Shown: positions 13,009 to 26,524, counted from the whole stretch's first letter. The stretch is DNA of 62,862 nucleotides, filler included, from Neolecta irregularis DAH-3 (GCA_001929475.1; 11 parts of 11 records of this genome joined end to end with filler, not necessarily neighbours in it), one strand, 5' to 3'. The notes: generated by a model not told the origin, from the letters alone. Program-made: numbers and translations.

Positions 13009-14501
13009 ATGTCATCTATCCCAACACTCCCGGCCGAAGTTCTTGAAAAGATCATCATATACGCATGTCACTGTGACCCAGGCCCATATTATCCCGAAAA
13101 ATACGATACACTAGATTGGGATGTTGCATGTTCGGTGTGTACAGTGAACAAACAGTTTGCAAGAATTGCGCAACCTCTCATCTTCAGAAGACTATCTCTC
13201 AAAACCCCAAGTATAATCGCGAATCTCGCAAATAAGATCTCGAAAGACGCAAGGATATCGAGTTATGTAGAGGAACTAAGGATACAAACAGATGATGGTA
13301 TTCATTTTTGGGATGTCGATGAAGTTATATCCGCGCTGCCTAATTTACGAGTACTGTATGTGAAAGAATCGTACGGAAGAGATGTGTATTACATTGATGG
13401 TCGCCACCCGTTCGTGATCAAGCAACAGCATCCTCAAATCACATCGTTATATATCTTTGGAAAACAGGGCGATGACCAATTCTTTGTTCCGCAGATCATC
13501 TCTTCACTTCCAAATCTCAAGCAACTCCATTTATGGAACGAATATCCTAGCGATCTAATTCTAAATGAAGAGAAAGCGCCAGAACTCTGCAGAGTATTAT
13601 CTCAATTACACAACCTTGAACTATTTGAGTATGACTCCTTGGGAGAAATATTTTCAGAATATGTCATAACTAAATGTATAAATGGAGGTTACTGGGGAAA
13701 GCTCCATTCGTTGAAACTTTGGGATTCCCATTTTCTTAGCTATCAAGGTGATGCTTTTGCTATGCTACTATTTATACAAAGGTTGCGAAGCAATGATTCA
13801 ACATTTCGGTCCCCAGTTAAAGACTTTCATTCTTTCCTCCACAAACTTTGAGTTTTCCGGAACCTGGATAAATTTATTCGATGTAATCCACGAATCATGT
13901 GGTAAATCGATAGAGCACCTCTTTCTCGCATATTTTGACCAGCAATTTGAAGGCTATCTGAAAGGAACCTCATGGCCTTTTCTCCGCTCCTTTCAATTTT
14001 TTTGTCCTAATTCTTTGGAAGATGACATATCTCCTTTGCTGTTCGAGCAGATCCAGCGCAACCATGACACCTCATACATGCCGCAACTTTTAACCTTTAT
14101 GCTTCGTATTTCTGGTGGTCCAAGAAAAGGCAAGATTTTGAGCATTTCTATTAAGCTGAATGTGCACAGTTGTTCATACAATGAGTATTGAACGCGGTTC
14201 GCGTAAAGTTTCTTCCGTTCATGGTGATTTCTATGACGATGAAGTCGAGCAAGTGTATGGCATACGCGGAGCTGATATGTGGTCAATGCATTCCGATGAC
14301 TCATATGATTCAGAAGATGCCTATGGCAATGGACTTGATCAGTACGAGTATCAATACCACATCTACTCAGGCGATGATGATCTCATGCAGTTCCACCTCT
14401 CTGAGCATATGGGGATGGATAATGAAGCAATCAATGAGCATGATGGATGGGAGGTTGGGGATGATTTCGACGAGTGGGTCGACATGGATGAGTTTGACTA
14501 A
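13009..14501 (+). CDS. F-box/LRR-like protein with acidic C-terminus, multi-exon
   Basis: LPAEVLEKII...VCTVNKQFARIAQPLIFRRL (F-box-like); repeated LPNL/L-x-x-L-x-L units; three ORFs linked by putative introns. Confidence 0.7.
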
Positions 14502-15238
14502 AGTCATGCGCCATACAATCAACAGCATAGTAGAGCGATTCATGTAATCTTATTTTTGGGCTGGAGTTTGAAGACAGCAAGTGCGAAAATATTCCGGTGC
14601 TTCTTGATTCCATGATTCTTCGCAATTGCAATAGAAAATTGAGCAGTGTCAACTTCAATACCCTGTTACTGAAAGAGTTGGAAAATTTAATATTGAAAAG
14701 TCATCCATGCGATTATCGCGGAAAATTTACCCCAGGGCATTTTCCTTCTATGGCTATTTTTATTATGATGCAAGGTTTGCATAAAAGACGATATGTGGTT
14801 GATGCATTTTTATGTGATTTAAATAGATCATGCACTGACGATGATTCATAGGAGTATATCCAGGACATAATATCTTGAATATGATACTCCTTTTTTCCCT
14901 TTACCAGACGCGACAATCCCTTGTGGGCTAAGATTCCAACACAAACAACAGATATATTTGGAATATCAATATTATTTTTGGGTTTCAGGAGCTAGTTGGA
15001 AGAATATCATGATGGAATGAAGCGATGTGGATTCAAGGAGTATAAAAATTAAGATGAATCATTTTACCGATTCTGCTCCCTTGCTGATCTTGATTGTACT
15101 GCATGCTTGGACCAACTACCTGCATAGATGCGAATCTTGGCATTTCCGCATTTCGGCGGGTCCCGGGTGGGTTCCCCTACCACCTGACCACCGCCATGCC
15201 TGCTATATGAGACCCATAGAATCCTTGCAGTCGCAAGC

Positions 15239-16404
15239 ATGGCAGCCTACAATTCTTCAGAACAACTTACGTTGCAGACAGACTTTGTTACTCTGACGCG
15301 ATTTATCCTCGATGAACAGCACAAAGTCGGTACTGCCGCAACGGGCGACCTCTCAATGCTGTTAAATCATATCCAGCTAACATGTAAATTCATTGCCCAC
15401 AATATTCGCAGAGCCACTTTGATCAACCTGATTGGTCTCGCTGGCGCTGCGAACAAATCTGGAGAAGAACAAAAGAAATTGGATGTTTTGGGGAACAAAA
15501 TTTTCGTTGACGCCATGAAGGCCTGTGGAAAGGTTGGTATCATTATCAGCGAGGAAGAAGAAGAACCAATCTTCGTGGCTGGAGACGGGAAATATGCAGT
15601 TGTTTGTGATCCTATTGATGGTATGCTTCAACTCAGATACTCTGCAGACCATGTAGGAAGTTCCAATTTGGACGCGGGTGTGTCCGTTGGAACCATCTTT
15701 GGGATTTACAAACTTGTGCGCTTCGTCTTCCAATTGACAACTCATTTTTCAGCCCGACGACCGAGATCATCAAGTTGAAGATGTTCTCCGGCCAGGAAAA
15801 GAGATGATCTGTGCTGGATATTGTATGTATGCGGCATCCGCGAACCTCGTCCTCACTACGGGAAATGGTGTCAACGGCTTTACTCTAGACAATTCATTAG
15901 GAGAATTCATCTTGACGCATCCAAACGTACCTTTTATTTTCGCCATGAACTAACTATCAGCTTCGTATCCCTGAGTCACGAAATATATATTCAGTCAACG
16001 AAGGGAATTCAGTATACTGGCACGAACCGTGCGCTGAATATTTCCACAGTCTCAAGTTCCCTAAAGATGGTAGCGAACCATACTCCGCTCGTTATATCGG
16101 ATCTATGGTTGCCGATGTTCATCGAACAATTCTTTACGGCGGAATCTTTGCTTATCCATCTGATAAAAAGTCACGTGATGGAAAATTAAGACTACTTTAT
16201 GAATGGTGAGCTCTATCTCGAAATTGATTTAATAGTAGCTTTCCCATGGCCTTTTTGATCGAACAAGCTGGTGGAATCGCATGGAATGGCAAACAGCGCA
16301 TTTTAGATGTTGTTCCCAAGGGGATTCATGCGCGCGGACCAGTTTGGCTTGGAAGTAAGAAGGAAATTTTGAAGGCCCAAGAGATATTTAAAAAGTATGA
16401 TTGA
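15239..16404 (+). CDS. FBP1: fructose-1,6-bisphosphatase, multi-exon
   Basis: [47 protein letters not shown]. Confidence 0.97.
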
Positions 16405-17029
16405 GTTTTAGTGGTTTCGAAAATTAGTTTCATATCAAATCAATGATTAGGTAGGATTCTACTCCTTATACCATCTAGGCAAGTTCATTCGATGTCTTAG
16501 GTATAATGAATGTCAATTTCAAATGTGCAATTATCTTCGTGTTACGAGCGAACTATGATAATATTCTTACACCTACGAGCAACAGTTCACATTGCAGTTG
16601 AATGGAACCACAAACTACAAGGAAGCGACTCACTTCTGAGAAAGCAATTTCTATGGTGGGTTAATAAAAATGTAAGCAAAATACTCCATCTTCCATAATT
16701 GTTACATCGCCTGAGCCTGTTTATCCAATAACCATCTCTAATAAAGAAAAGCATATATTGGCTCGAAAAAAGCTGTAGTGCTCAAAGAATATCACAACTA
16801 GCGAGTCCCAGTCGTATTTAGGATTTACTTGTCAATCACCTGTGATACGCCTTGAGATAAAAGCTACAAATCCTTTCTCTTCAATTCGGTATATTTCATT
16901 CTCTTTGAATCCGGATACGCTCTTTGATGAAGATTTGTAAGGATATAAGTCCTTACCACACGTGAAGATGTTATCAATATTGCGGACATTCAATATTTGA
17001 GTATATTAACCTGCATGATTACGCATACC

Positions 17030-17130
17030 CAACCAAGTTCCCGCACTTAGGTTAGGTATACTCCCTGTATATTAGAAGTTCCCGCACTTGGGTTAGATTA
17101 TAGAACCGAGTCTTATTGTAGCTTCCGGCG
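17030..17130. repeat. dispersed short repeat (copies at about 22925-23022 inverted and about 29885-29985)
   Basis: Shared duplicated CTTAGG(C/T)TAG motif followed by a GTCTTATT motif in all three places. Confidence 0.5.
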
Positions 17131-17210
17131 ACTTAAAAGATTCCTATCTGATCACGTGCGATTATCATTGCTGACGCACCCTCCAGGTCTGCAACTCCGA
17201 TTCTGCAGAA

Positions 17211-18625
17211 ATGTCCGAGAACCAGATTCCTCACATCCCAGATCTCGAGCTTGCCCAACAGCTATTCGTCTTATCCTCTCCGCCACTTTCTGAAACCCAT
17301 GACACTGTCCGGAAATCAGTAGTCGAGAGAATTCGAGCGGAAGCGCTTGCGCCGTTATGGTTGGAGTACAAACATCTGTTGTCTTTCGATCAGTCGGAAT
17401 ACGAATCATTAAAGAAAATCAACGACGAAAAGATACAGGAATTGGATGCCAAGATAAAGGAAGCAGAGGAAAGCTTTGGTGAGGCTGAAGTTGCGAATGC
17501 GGAAAAAGAAAAGGCAGAATATCTAGCCAAGATCGGAGAGAAGGTATTCAAATTCTGTCTCAACTATTTAGTCAACTTTCTCAGGACAAGGCAGTTGAAG
17601 CATACAAACATACTGCCACAAAATCTCCCGGACTAGGCTCCAAAATTGATCTAATATTCTCACAAATTCGAATCGGCTTATTCTTTTCTGATCATCAAAT
17701 GGTAAAATCTGGAATAGACGACGCCAAAATGTATAGTCCAGATCTTGATCTCGGCTCATCTTGTCTAGATTGATTGATAAAGGAGGAGACTGGGAACGCA
17801 GGAACCGGTTGAAAGCATATAATGGAATCTACTTTCTTTCAATTCGAGATTTTTCGGCTGCTTCGAGTCTGTTATTAGACGTTTTGAGCACTTTCACATC
17901 AACTGAACTTCTCTCGTACGACGAAATCGTCAAATATGCGGTCATCGCTGGGGTCGTTTCACTATCCCGAGTTGACATGAAGACAAAAGTATTTTACTCT
18001 GTTGATTTTTTTGGTAGCTCATTAATTAGCTCATTGATTCCCCAGAAGTCCTTCAAGTTCTTCCAGTTCAATATTCGCCCCTCGATACTTTGATCAATTC
18101 ATTATATCTTTGCGATTATGCTAGATTCTTCAAGAGCCTTGCTGAAATTGAGGGATTGTATATCAAAACAAGTCGATATGTTGCTCCTCATACAAGATAC
18201 TTCATCAAGGAAATGAGGAAGAGAGCATACGCTCAATTGCTTGAGGTGCGGTGTTGTCGCCGAATGATTGCTAATTGTTAGAGTTATCGTGCATTGAGCA
18301 TTGAGAGTATGGCGAGAGCCTTTGGCGTTAGTGTGGAATTTCTCGATGCGTATGTTGTTTCACGAATTCTATCAAATAATCTTTCAAGCGATCTTAGTAG
18401 ATACATTACGTCCAATAAGCTGAATTGCGTTATCGATCGAGTTAATGGCACACCCGCCGTGATCTTTCCTTTGCTGATTTTGCAGGTATCATTGAAACCA
18501 ACCGTCCAGACAATAAGAACGCCCAGTATCAAGCTGTTGTCAAACAAGGGGATTTATTACTGAATAAGCTGCAGAAATATCAGGCTGCTGTTCGTATCAG
18601 TGGCATGGAAAAAGTTGTTGCTTGA
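17211..18625 (+). CDS. RPN7: 26S proteasome regulatory subunit Rpn7, multi-exon
   Basis: [48 protein letters not shown]. Confidence 0.97.
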
Positions 18626-18764
18626 ATATTCAGTTTCTTTACTTGGCTCTTCGCTTGATTACTCTCTACGAATGGAATCTTTTCAAACACTCCATAGGCT
18701 CAATTTCATGAACAGAAAAAGGTGAAACTCGACAGCTAAAGGATATTATATATACAATACATCA

Positions 18765-20746
18765 TTAGGACCCAAGTGCCACATCCGAATCACTCATTAC
18801 TTCTTTTCGCTTTTCACCACGACGTATTTCTTTACTGGGCGCATCCATATTTGACTCGACTAGCGGCCGCTGTAGCCATTTCAGAATTACTTGTCCCAGT
18901 TTTTTCGCGGTGACGGGTTTAGTTACATAGTCTGACATCCCGGCCTCAAGACACCGTTCCCGATCTCCTTGTATCGCGTTTGCTGTCAACGCGATTATGG
19001 GAAGATCCTTGGATGGCAGATGTTCTCGAATGAATTTTGTGGTTTCATAACCGTCTAGATGTTAGACAATGTGAAACGAAAGGGGTGGCCACCCATTAAG
19101 GGCATCTGGCAATCCATTAATATTAAATCGTACATCTTTCCATCTGTTTGTTGACATTTTCTGATTTTCGACGTTGCCTCTAGGCTGTAGAGATTAAACT
19201 AATTTTGGAAAGAACAATACCCGTTAGACGCTGTTTCCAAGTTCCAGAATCCGAGTCCTTTCAATAATCGTACTATTATCTCCTTATTTATATCATTGTC
19301 TTCAACTACTAAAATGAAAGTGGGACCATGACTAGACGAGACTGCATCCTGGGAATTCTTCGTATGTCCTGTCATTTGTCCGTTCAGAGCGGTTTGAATA
19401 CTCTCGGGCGTCGGAATACGAAATGGCACTTCAAGATTGACTGTTGTTCCCTGGCCAATTTCTGATATTAAATTGATACTCCCCTTCATCAGTGATGCCA
19501 GTTGCTTCGAGATGCAAAGACCAAGACCACTGCCACCGTACATTCTAGCTGTCGAGGAATCTTCCTGCACAAAAGCTTTGAACAGGTTCTGTTTCGCCTC
19601 TGGGGATATCCCGATACCGGTATCTTGTACTTGAAAGTGGACAAAGGCCTCGTTATCTATTGGACCTGGCTCCCGGACGTGCACAGAGAGGACTATTCGC
19701 CCTGACGAAGTAAACTTTACGGCGTTATTTAGAAGATTAATCAAGACCTGCTTCGTTCGGTTGGGATCGCCTATCAAGTGACAGTGATGGGGAATTTCGA
19801 TGATTTGGATAAACTCGAGATGTTTGGATTGTATTATATAACTAAAGATTGCTTTAATATCGTCAACCATACCTTCGAGGCTGAACAATTTCTCTTCGAT
19901 GGTCATTAGCCTGGAAATTTAGATGAAAATGAATTGAAAAAGACTTGCCCTGATTCAATCTTTTCATAGTCGAGGATATGATTGATTACGTTCATTAAAG
20001 CGTCCGCGGACTTTTGTACTGTCCTTAAAAAGTGGGATTGTTCCAGGTTAAGCGGAGTTTTCGAGAGTAAATCACACATTCCAATGACAGCCTGACAGGT
20101 TTCAGTATCAAATAGTGAATCATGAAACTCACACCTAAGGGTGTCCGTAGCTCGTGACTCATTTTAGCGACTATATTCCATGTGAATTTGACATAAAAAA
20201 AAGCACGTACGGAACTCTCCCTTCATTTGATTTGCCCTCTCTGCCAATTTTCGTTCAGCTTCTACTTGACGTAATTCGATTTCTTTGTTTCTCAGTGCCG
20301 TCACGTCGAAACTAAACACTGCGACACCGGTGATTATCTCTTGATCATTGCGCGTTGATGTGATAGGAGTATAAATTGACTGCCAATGTATACCATTAAT
20401 GTTTATTTCATCAAATTGTAATGGTAGCTCGCCGTTGAGAATTTTCCGGTATATGAGCATTCTTTCGCCATAATCGGGTGACTTGAAGTCGGTCAAAAGA
20501 CGACCGACAAATTTCTGCCCCTTTAAACCATCTTGTACGTAATGGTGATCACGAAAGTTTCCACCTTCGTCAATACCTTCAGAAATACATCTTGTGACCC
20601 GAAGATCCGTGTCTACAGTGAGATACAGTATATTTCCGAGTTTCCCATTTGTGATGAAGTCTTGGAATGACCGGTTTTCTTAAACCTTAGCGAGAATGAT
20701 TCGGCGGACCAAAAGTACGTTCATCCGCTTCTTTCCATTCTTGAAT
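18765..20746 (-). CDS. hybrid sensor histidine kinase (HisKA, HATPase, receiver), 5'-truncated, multi-exon
   Basis: MSHELRTPL H-box, NLLNNAVKFT, DTGIGI, GGSGLGL, VVEDNDIN, LMDCQMP, TANA...GMSDYVTKP. Confidence 0.95.
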
Positions 20747-20846
20747 NNNNNNNNNNNNNNNNNNNNNNNNNNNNNNNNNNNNNNNNNNNNTTAATTAATT
20801 AANNNNNNNNNNNNNNNNNNNNNNNNNNNNNNNNNNNNNNNNNNNN

Positions 20847-21427
20847 TACGTCTATCAAGACAAGCTTGAGCACAAGAATCATGATCATAAGAGTCCTGAA
20901 TTTCGAACAATCCAGACTTTAGAGCTTCCTTTTCGTCTTTGGACACCACCACAAGCTGTTCAGAGGGAATAATTTCGAAATGGGTTTTAAGCTTCAATTG
21001 ACCAACGATAGAATCTGCCAGAATATCCTTGGAAAGTTTATATTGTGCAACATATTGCAGTTCCTTTGCCAACAGAGAACCATCAAGGCTCTGGTGACGA
21101 TCAGGAATGTTTGATAATAACTGACAATGAAAATTTTGGAACCATGCAGTTGGCTGATTCCTGTTTTGTGATATTTGGAAAGCCTTACAAGATCCTGGAT
21201 GATATCAATTAAGTGCCTCATATGGAGATCGTACCAGTTTCCACGCACGATTGAGCACAGCGATCATGAGCCGATCCATGCACAACATCGAAGAATGCGG
21301 AGTCAAGAGCCGCAGGGTTACTGGTGGAAAGAAGAGTAAGAGATTCTTCATGGACAAAGAGGTCTTGTAGAAAGTGGGCTCCAGCTATCGAAATAACGGC
21401 ATAAAAGAACAAAAAGACGTGTCCCAT
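20847..21427 (-). CDS. secreted protein with tandem PAN/Apple-like domains, 3'-truncated
   Basis: Signal peptide; after removing a 40-nt intron: HDRCAQSCVETGSCKAFQ...FHCQLL; second repeat begins HDSCAQACLDR at the scaffold end. Confidence 0.75.
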
Positions 21428-22150
21428 TGTGAGTTAGATAGGTTACCTTTTTTGTCACTCGGGTAGGCTTAAGTAGACTTGTTGTCGTATAGCTTCAGAA
21501 AATTACTTGTAGCGAGCCCGTTTATCGGAAACAGCTGGCTTTGTATAGTCCTTACTGTGGCGTTATTCGCTCCTGTTCATTGGCCCCATGACGGATACCA
21601 AGTTCCATTCTCTGTCTCACTGCGTGAGTCCTAAATACCTATTTGCAGCATCCGATACGGATCGCTCGTTAATGACATAGACAAGCTTTTTATCACCGTC
21701 CGTATTTGTTGGCGGTTGGAGTGTTCCAAGAGTACCTACAGCATTGTTTAATGTCGACGAAGAGAATTCAAACTGAGAAATGACAAGGGAACGCCCATTT
21801 ATTGTGTACTAGGTCAAACATGTTCCACCCATGGCTGTCACCGAGACATTGACTACGGGATAGGGCTCGATAGTTCAGACTGCTGTTTCCAGGGAGTTAA
21901 TCTGAGACATAATATTGGAATTGCAAGATATCCAACTAGCATCTCTAGATCCAAAACACGTCGATCTGGGATAGCTTTGGAGCTGGGAGAAAATTAAATG
22001 GGGTCCAGAACAGTGCAATTTCTCCTTTCTCTTGCTTTCTAGTCCCAACTTTTGGTTGTACACTCAGGTCGTGATGGCTTGCGATTGGGGCTGCCGGTGC
22101 GGCCTGATCGTGGGACATAATCAAATCCCACTCTTACAAGAAAATCTGCT

Positions 22151-22275
22151 TGTAACGAGTGTGGCGCTCAAGGGTAATGCTTCCAAAGTCATATAGCTGA
22201 GTAGAGAACTAGGTACAAGGCAGAAACAGGCGCCTTTTATAGCCATTGCCGGCAAGGCTCCCTTGCAGGTCAACA
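22151..22275. mobile_element. possible LTR fragment
   Basis: TG...CA ends, TATAAAA on the minus strand, patchy similarity to 52290-52401; no target-site duplication found. Confidence 0.3.
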
Positions 22276-23172
22276 ATCAAAGAGAGACCAAAGGAAACAA
22301 AAGAACAGAGCTGTCTAGGAGGGCGAATCAATAACAAGAAGAAAAGTGAAAGAAAAGTAACAGAATGGAGAAATTGCTACTCGCGAGAGGCCTTAGCTTT
22401 CAGTAATGATATCAACTAAAGATTCTCCTGCTTAAGTCCACGGAACACTTTTCAACATTTGAGAGCCAAAATGAAAATCTTCAGTTTCGAGATAGCTTTG
22501 ACGAATCTTGTAAACCCATGATAATACGAATGTCGTCATAGTGTGTAGGGCATTTAGTAGAATTTGAGTTAGAAATACTACATGCTGTCGATCACCTATT
22601 GCCCTTAACGTGCCCGACTACTGCTAGTGCTATTTCTCCCTGAAGGTTAGGCTCAGGCTGAGATATAAGGGGATCTACTGTCTTGACGCCAGCGTGCTCA
22701 ATCCAGTGTTGTGGACGGGCTAGGGTTATAGCACCAATATCTTCCATCGTTGTAATTTCATGCAACAGTTCAACCAACGGAAAATAAGCGGCCTGAAAGA
22801 CATGATTGTTGACAATAATATCTTTGGCAAGTGTAAAAGACGACATCGACTGTGGATTTATTAATAAATTTTGCAAAAGAATAAAGACAGATGGATGTTC
22901 TGCGAGTCGCGAATAGATTGTGAGCGCTTTTGTAAGTTTTGATACTCCGGAGTACAAATAAGACCAGGGTTATAGTACTAGCCTAAGTACCTAGCCTAAG
23001 TGTTGTATCTCAGGCTAGGTATTCTCATTACATCAAGTTTACATCCGGCCATAAAGGCCGCAATATGATTCTACGCATCTTGCCGTATTGGTAAGGTGTA
23101 CCTGAAGGGTACATTCTTGCAGCTTTTGAAGTAGTGGAAGAACTGTAGAATATAACTGAACTTCGAGTTCAA

Positions 23173-23819
23173 TTAGACGGGATCGCGATCCAAACCCACT
23201 TCACCATCGCTGTCTCCTTCTTCCTGGTCTCTACCTGCACTTAAACTGACTCTGTAGGTTGCGGCTATGCCTGTTTGACCACGCCCGTAACTTGCTATGC
23301 TGCTAAACTCAGCACCGCAATTCTCTTTTACCAAACACATCCTCGCCTGCCTTGTCTGCTCGCTTCCTCTCGCTCCCCTGCCAGTTACTGCCCCGCCCTC
23401 CTTGCCCATATAATCTGAGTTTAGATGGTATCTCAATGTGTAGCACTTTGGCATTAGGGCGATAAACAGCGTCATATGGGTGGGCCATCCGCAACACTGA
23501 AGACTAATCAATTTCTATAAACACACAATTTCATCAGGAATCTACTCTGACACTTTCACATATCGATCGATTAATTTCTCAACCCACTCTCGACTTGCGT
23601 TGTTTTCATATATTCATCGATAAATCTCTCAAAATGCGCTCGAGTGACCTTTTTGGAATCCATCTGCTGTGTTATAAGGACATACGTCCTGAAAAGGTCG
23701 TCGGCATCCTTGAGTGTAAAATATTTGATATCACGCCCCTGCAAAAGTGCGATGAGAAGATCTACAAGTTGAAAGTATTCATCAGAGGAGAAACTCATGA
23801 CAGGCATTTTCTCCCACAT
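23173..23819 (-). pseudogene. decayed hypothetical gene carrying a minisatellite insertion (about 23341-23408)
   Basis: Short ORFs with internal repeat (FERFIDEYMK / EKLIDRYVK), stops and frameshift; GC-rich insert matches the 61640-62575 unit. Confidence 0.3.
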
Positions 23820-24051
23820 TTTGTTTATTATGTTGTGCGAAGCTAAGTTTATTGAGTTGGGTTGAGGTTGATTGCTTTTCTGGTCTTGAATTTTACCATA
23901 AGTATAGGTAAAATATAGCTGGAAAAACTCCCAACTATCGTTCGCGGCAAANNNNNNNNNNNNNNNNNNNNNNNNNNNNNNNNNNNNNNNNNNNNTTAAT
24001 TAATTAANNNNNNNNNNNNNNNNNNNNNNNNNNNNNNNNNNNNNNNNNNNN

Positions 24052-24714
24052 TTGTGAATGTTGACCTTCAAGATGTTAATTGCATTGAGATTCAAGGCGC
24101 TCACGGTCATCTACTTAACTCTTTTTGTTCACCGGCGGTAAATAAGCGATCCGATATATATGGTGGGACGTTTGAAAATAGAATTCGATTCCCGCTTGAG
24201 GTCATTCGAGCTGTTCGAACAGTCATTCCTTTTGATATGCCTCTGTTCTATCGGTGATAGCCCCCTGCAGACTATTTTACTGACGAGGAGGATATCTGCA
24301 ACTGACCGACTTTCCCCTGGTAAAGGATGGGAGATTGAAGATACTATAAGGTTTGCTCGGATCCTCCACAAGCAAGGGATCGACGTTCTTGATGTCAGTT
24401 CCGGAGGAAATGATCGAAATGAATTTCCTTCTGTAACGATTGATTATCAAATTTCACTCGCAGCTAGAATCAAAAAAGAGATACCTGACATTCTTGTGTC
24501 AGCAGTTGGATCAATCACTAACGGCAAACGAGGAAATGAGGTATATATCTGAACTCTTTAAATTCTTATTAAGTAGATCATCAAAACAGGCTTCGCTGAT
24601 GTAGTCTTCATTGGCCGGGCATTTTTGCAAAATCAAAGTGTTGTTGGTCTCTTTGCTCAACATTTAGATAGTGAGGGAAAGATACCTTTGCAATACACAA
24701 TCTCAGCCAAATAA
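24052..24714 (+). CDS. NADH:flavin oxidoreductase (Old Yellow Enzyme, YqjM-like), 5'-truncated, multi-exon
   Basis: [14 protein letters not shown]...[46 protein letters not shown]. Confidence 0.9.
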
Positions 24715-24828
24715 TGGCGTATGGTCAATGCACTATTCATACATAATATCGAAATTCAATCAGAGAAGAGTTCATTATGTCCATTGCCACCCTAAGAAAT
24801 CCAGCTATGCCATTCTGACAGCGCCAAT

Positions 24829-25951
24829 CTAAACGTCAGGGTTAGAGGGTAATAATATTGGTGATTCATTCTTGAATTTCTCACCAAAGTATCCATCAGA
24901 TAGTAAGGATGTTTGTAAAGTCGGGATGAAGGGAGAGCCCGCTCACTTAAAGATGGCTCTTCTCATGGAATGGGCTCAAAAGATGTCTGGACAATTCAGA
25001 CAGTATAACGTTTTCATCAATTGGACCATTTCTTTGAATTGAAAAGATGCGATTGAGCAAGTAATGCATGTCAACCTCTGTTCTGCTAAAAACAAACCAT
25101 TGCCTTTGTTACTCACATCAAGGCGCATGACCTTGAGATCCTATAAAAGCCAGTCTGACTAGGATGTTGACTTTCTGCAATGGCTTTGCGAATTCGTCGA
25201 AGTTTCCATTTCCTCCGACGATTCAACTCTTCCCAATTCTTTATGACTTCTTCATCGGATCGACAAATCCAATATTCAAACCTTGTATGAAGCTTGACGT
25301 GCTCGCAGAAAGGCAAAGCTAAAAAATTCTGCGAGTCATTAGTAGTCTTTAAAGAATATGCTGTATTACAATTGGAACGGGAAGAAATGGATTTTTTAGG
25401 ATATCGCCATTAATGCCAGTAATGATCTCGACAAATACTTTAGCTAGATCTCCGCAATTCCAAATAGCTCTCTGCTCTCCGAAGAAGCTAACAAGCATAT
25501 TCCCTATATCGATTCAGAGAGTAGGGAGCTGGGACTGCGTACCAACAGCGATAATACTTTTTGTACTCATCGATGTTTTGCCAACTCTACATTCTCGCAG
25601 CAAAAGAGCTTTTTTCGGATTAAACCAGTAGAATTTCTGACATTCTATCCCGGTAATTTTTCCAGTATCTTCAGTGATTGCTAGTTGAAAGTAGTAAAAC
25701 ATTTTTCCTAATTTCAAGGCCCAGAGGCCCATCGTGTTGGACATCCAAGCATTTCCGCAAGGTGTAGTAATCGGCAACAAGTCAAGGTTGGATGATAGGA
25801 AGACGATATCCACGTCCACATGCAAAGTATCCGAAATTTTGCCAGGGATATATAAATCCCTCGCGCTCTGGTGTGCCTTCCGTCGGATGGAATCGAATTC
25901 AAAAGCTAACAGTCGAAAGTGATGCTCGATTTGATTGAGAGAATTCGACAT
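24829..25951 (-). CDS. hypothetical multi-exon protein (5' end uncertain)
   Basis: Successive minus-strand ORFs joinable via short GT-AG introns; no family recognised. Confidence 0.35.
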
Positions 25952-26433
25952 TACCTCTGATTGAGCACAAATATCGGGAGCGGACGCCCAGGCTTTCTAT
26001 TCCACCATTTCACTTTGATGACATGTGGACAAGGTAATAACTTGACATTTCGTCGGTAGATGAAACAGGAAATTTCGAAAGATTTCTTTAAAGTGAGATG
26101 ACTAAAATGAGAGAGAAAATTTCTGATGAAAAGAACATCAAGCGGGAAAGGCATAGCTTTTTTTTATCCATTAAACTAGTTGAGCGACGATCGACGTGTC
26201 TTCAATGATACGATGAGCCCGAGATTGTCACTGTTTTTAAGGGACGGCTGGCAAGCTATATTCCATCCAAGGCTTCAAAGCTTTTGAGAAAAAAGTGGTA
26301 AAAGCCGATTCAAGACTAGAATTTTTGTATAAATTGGATATAGTGAGTAATGAAATTCAAATGTGTGTTTAGGGTGCGTTCGCCAGCCACCATTTTGAAA
26401 CTAATATCCTGATATTAGGTTCAAAATACGAAA

Positions 26434-26524
26434 TTCCGAATCCGGGAATTGAACCCGGGTCTCATCGGAGCTACCAAGCAGATATCTTGAAAGCGATATA
26501 TACTAGCCACTGTACTAATTCGGA
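26434..26524 (-). tRNA. tRNA-Glu(TTC) with a 19-nt intron
   Basis: Acceptor TCCGAAT/ATTCGGA, D arm, anticodon stem TATCG/CGATG with CTTTCA, T arm CCGGG-TTCAATT-CCCGG. Confidence 0.93.
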
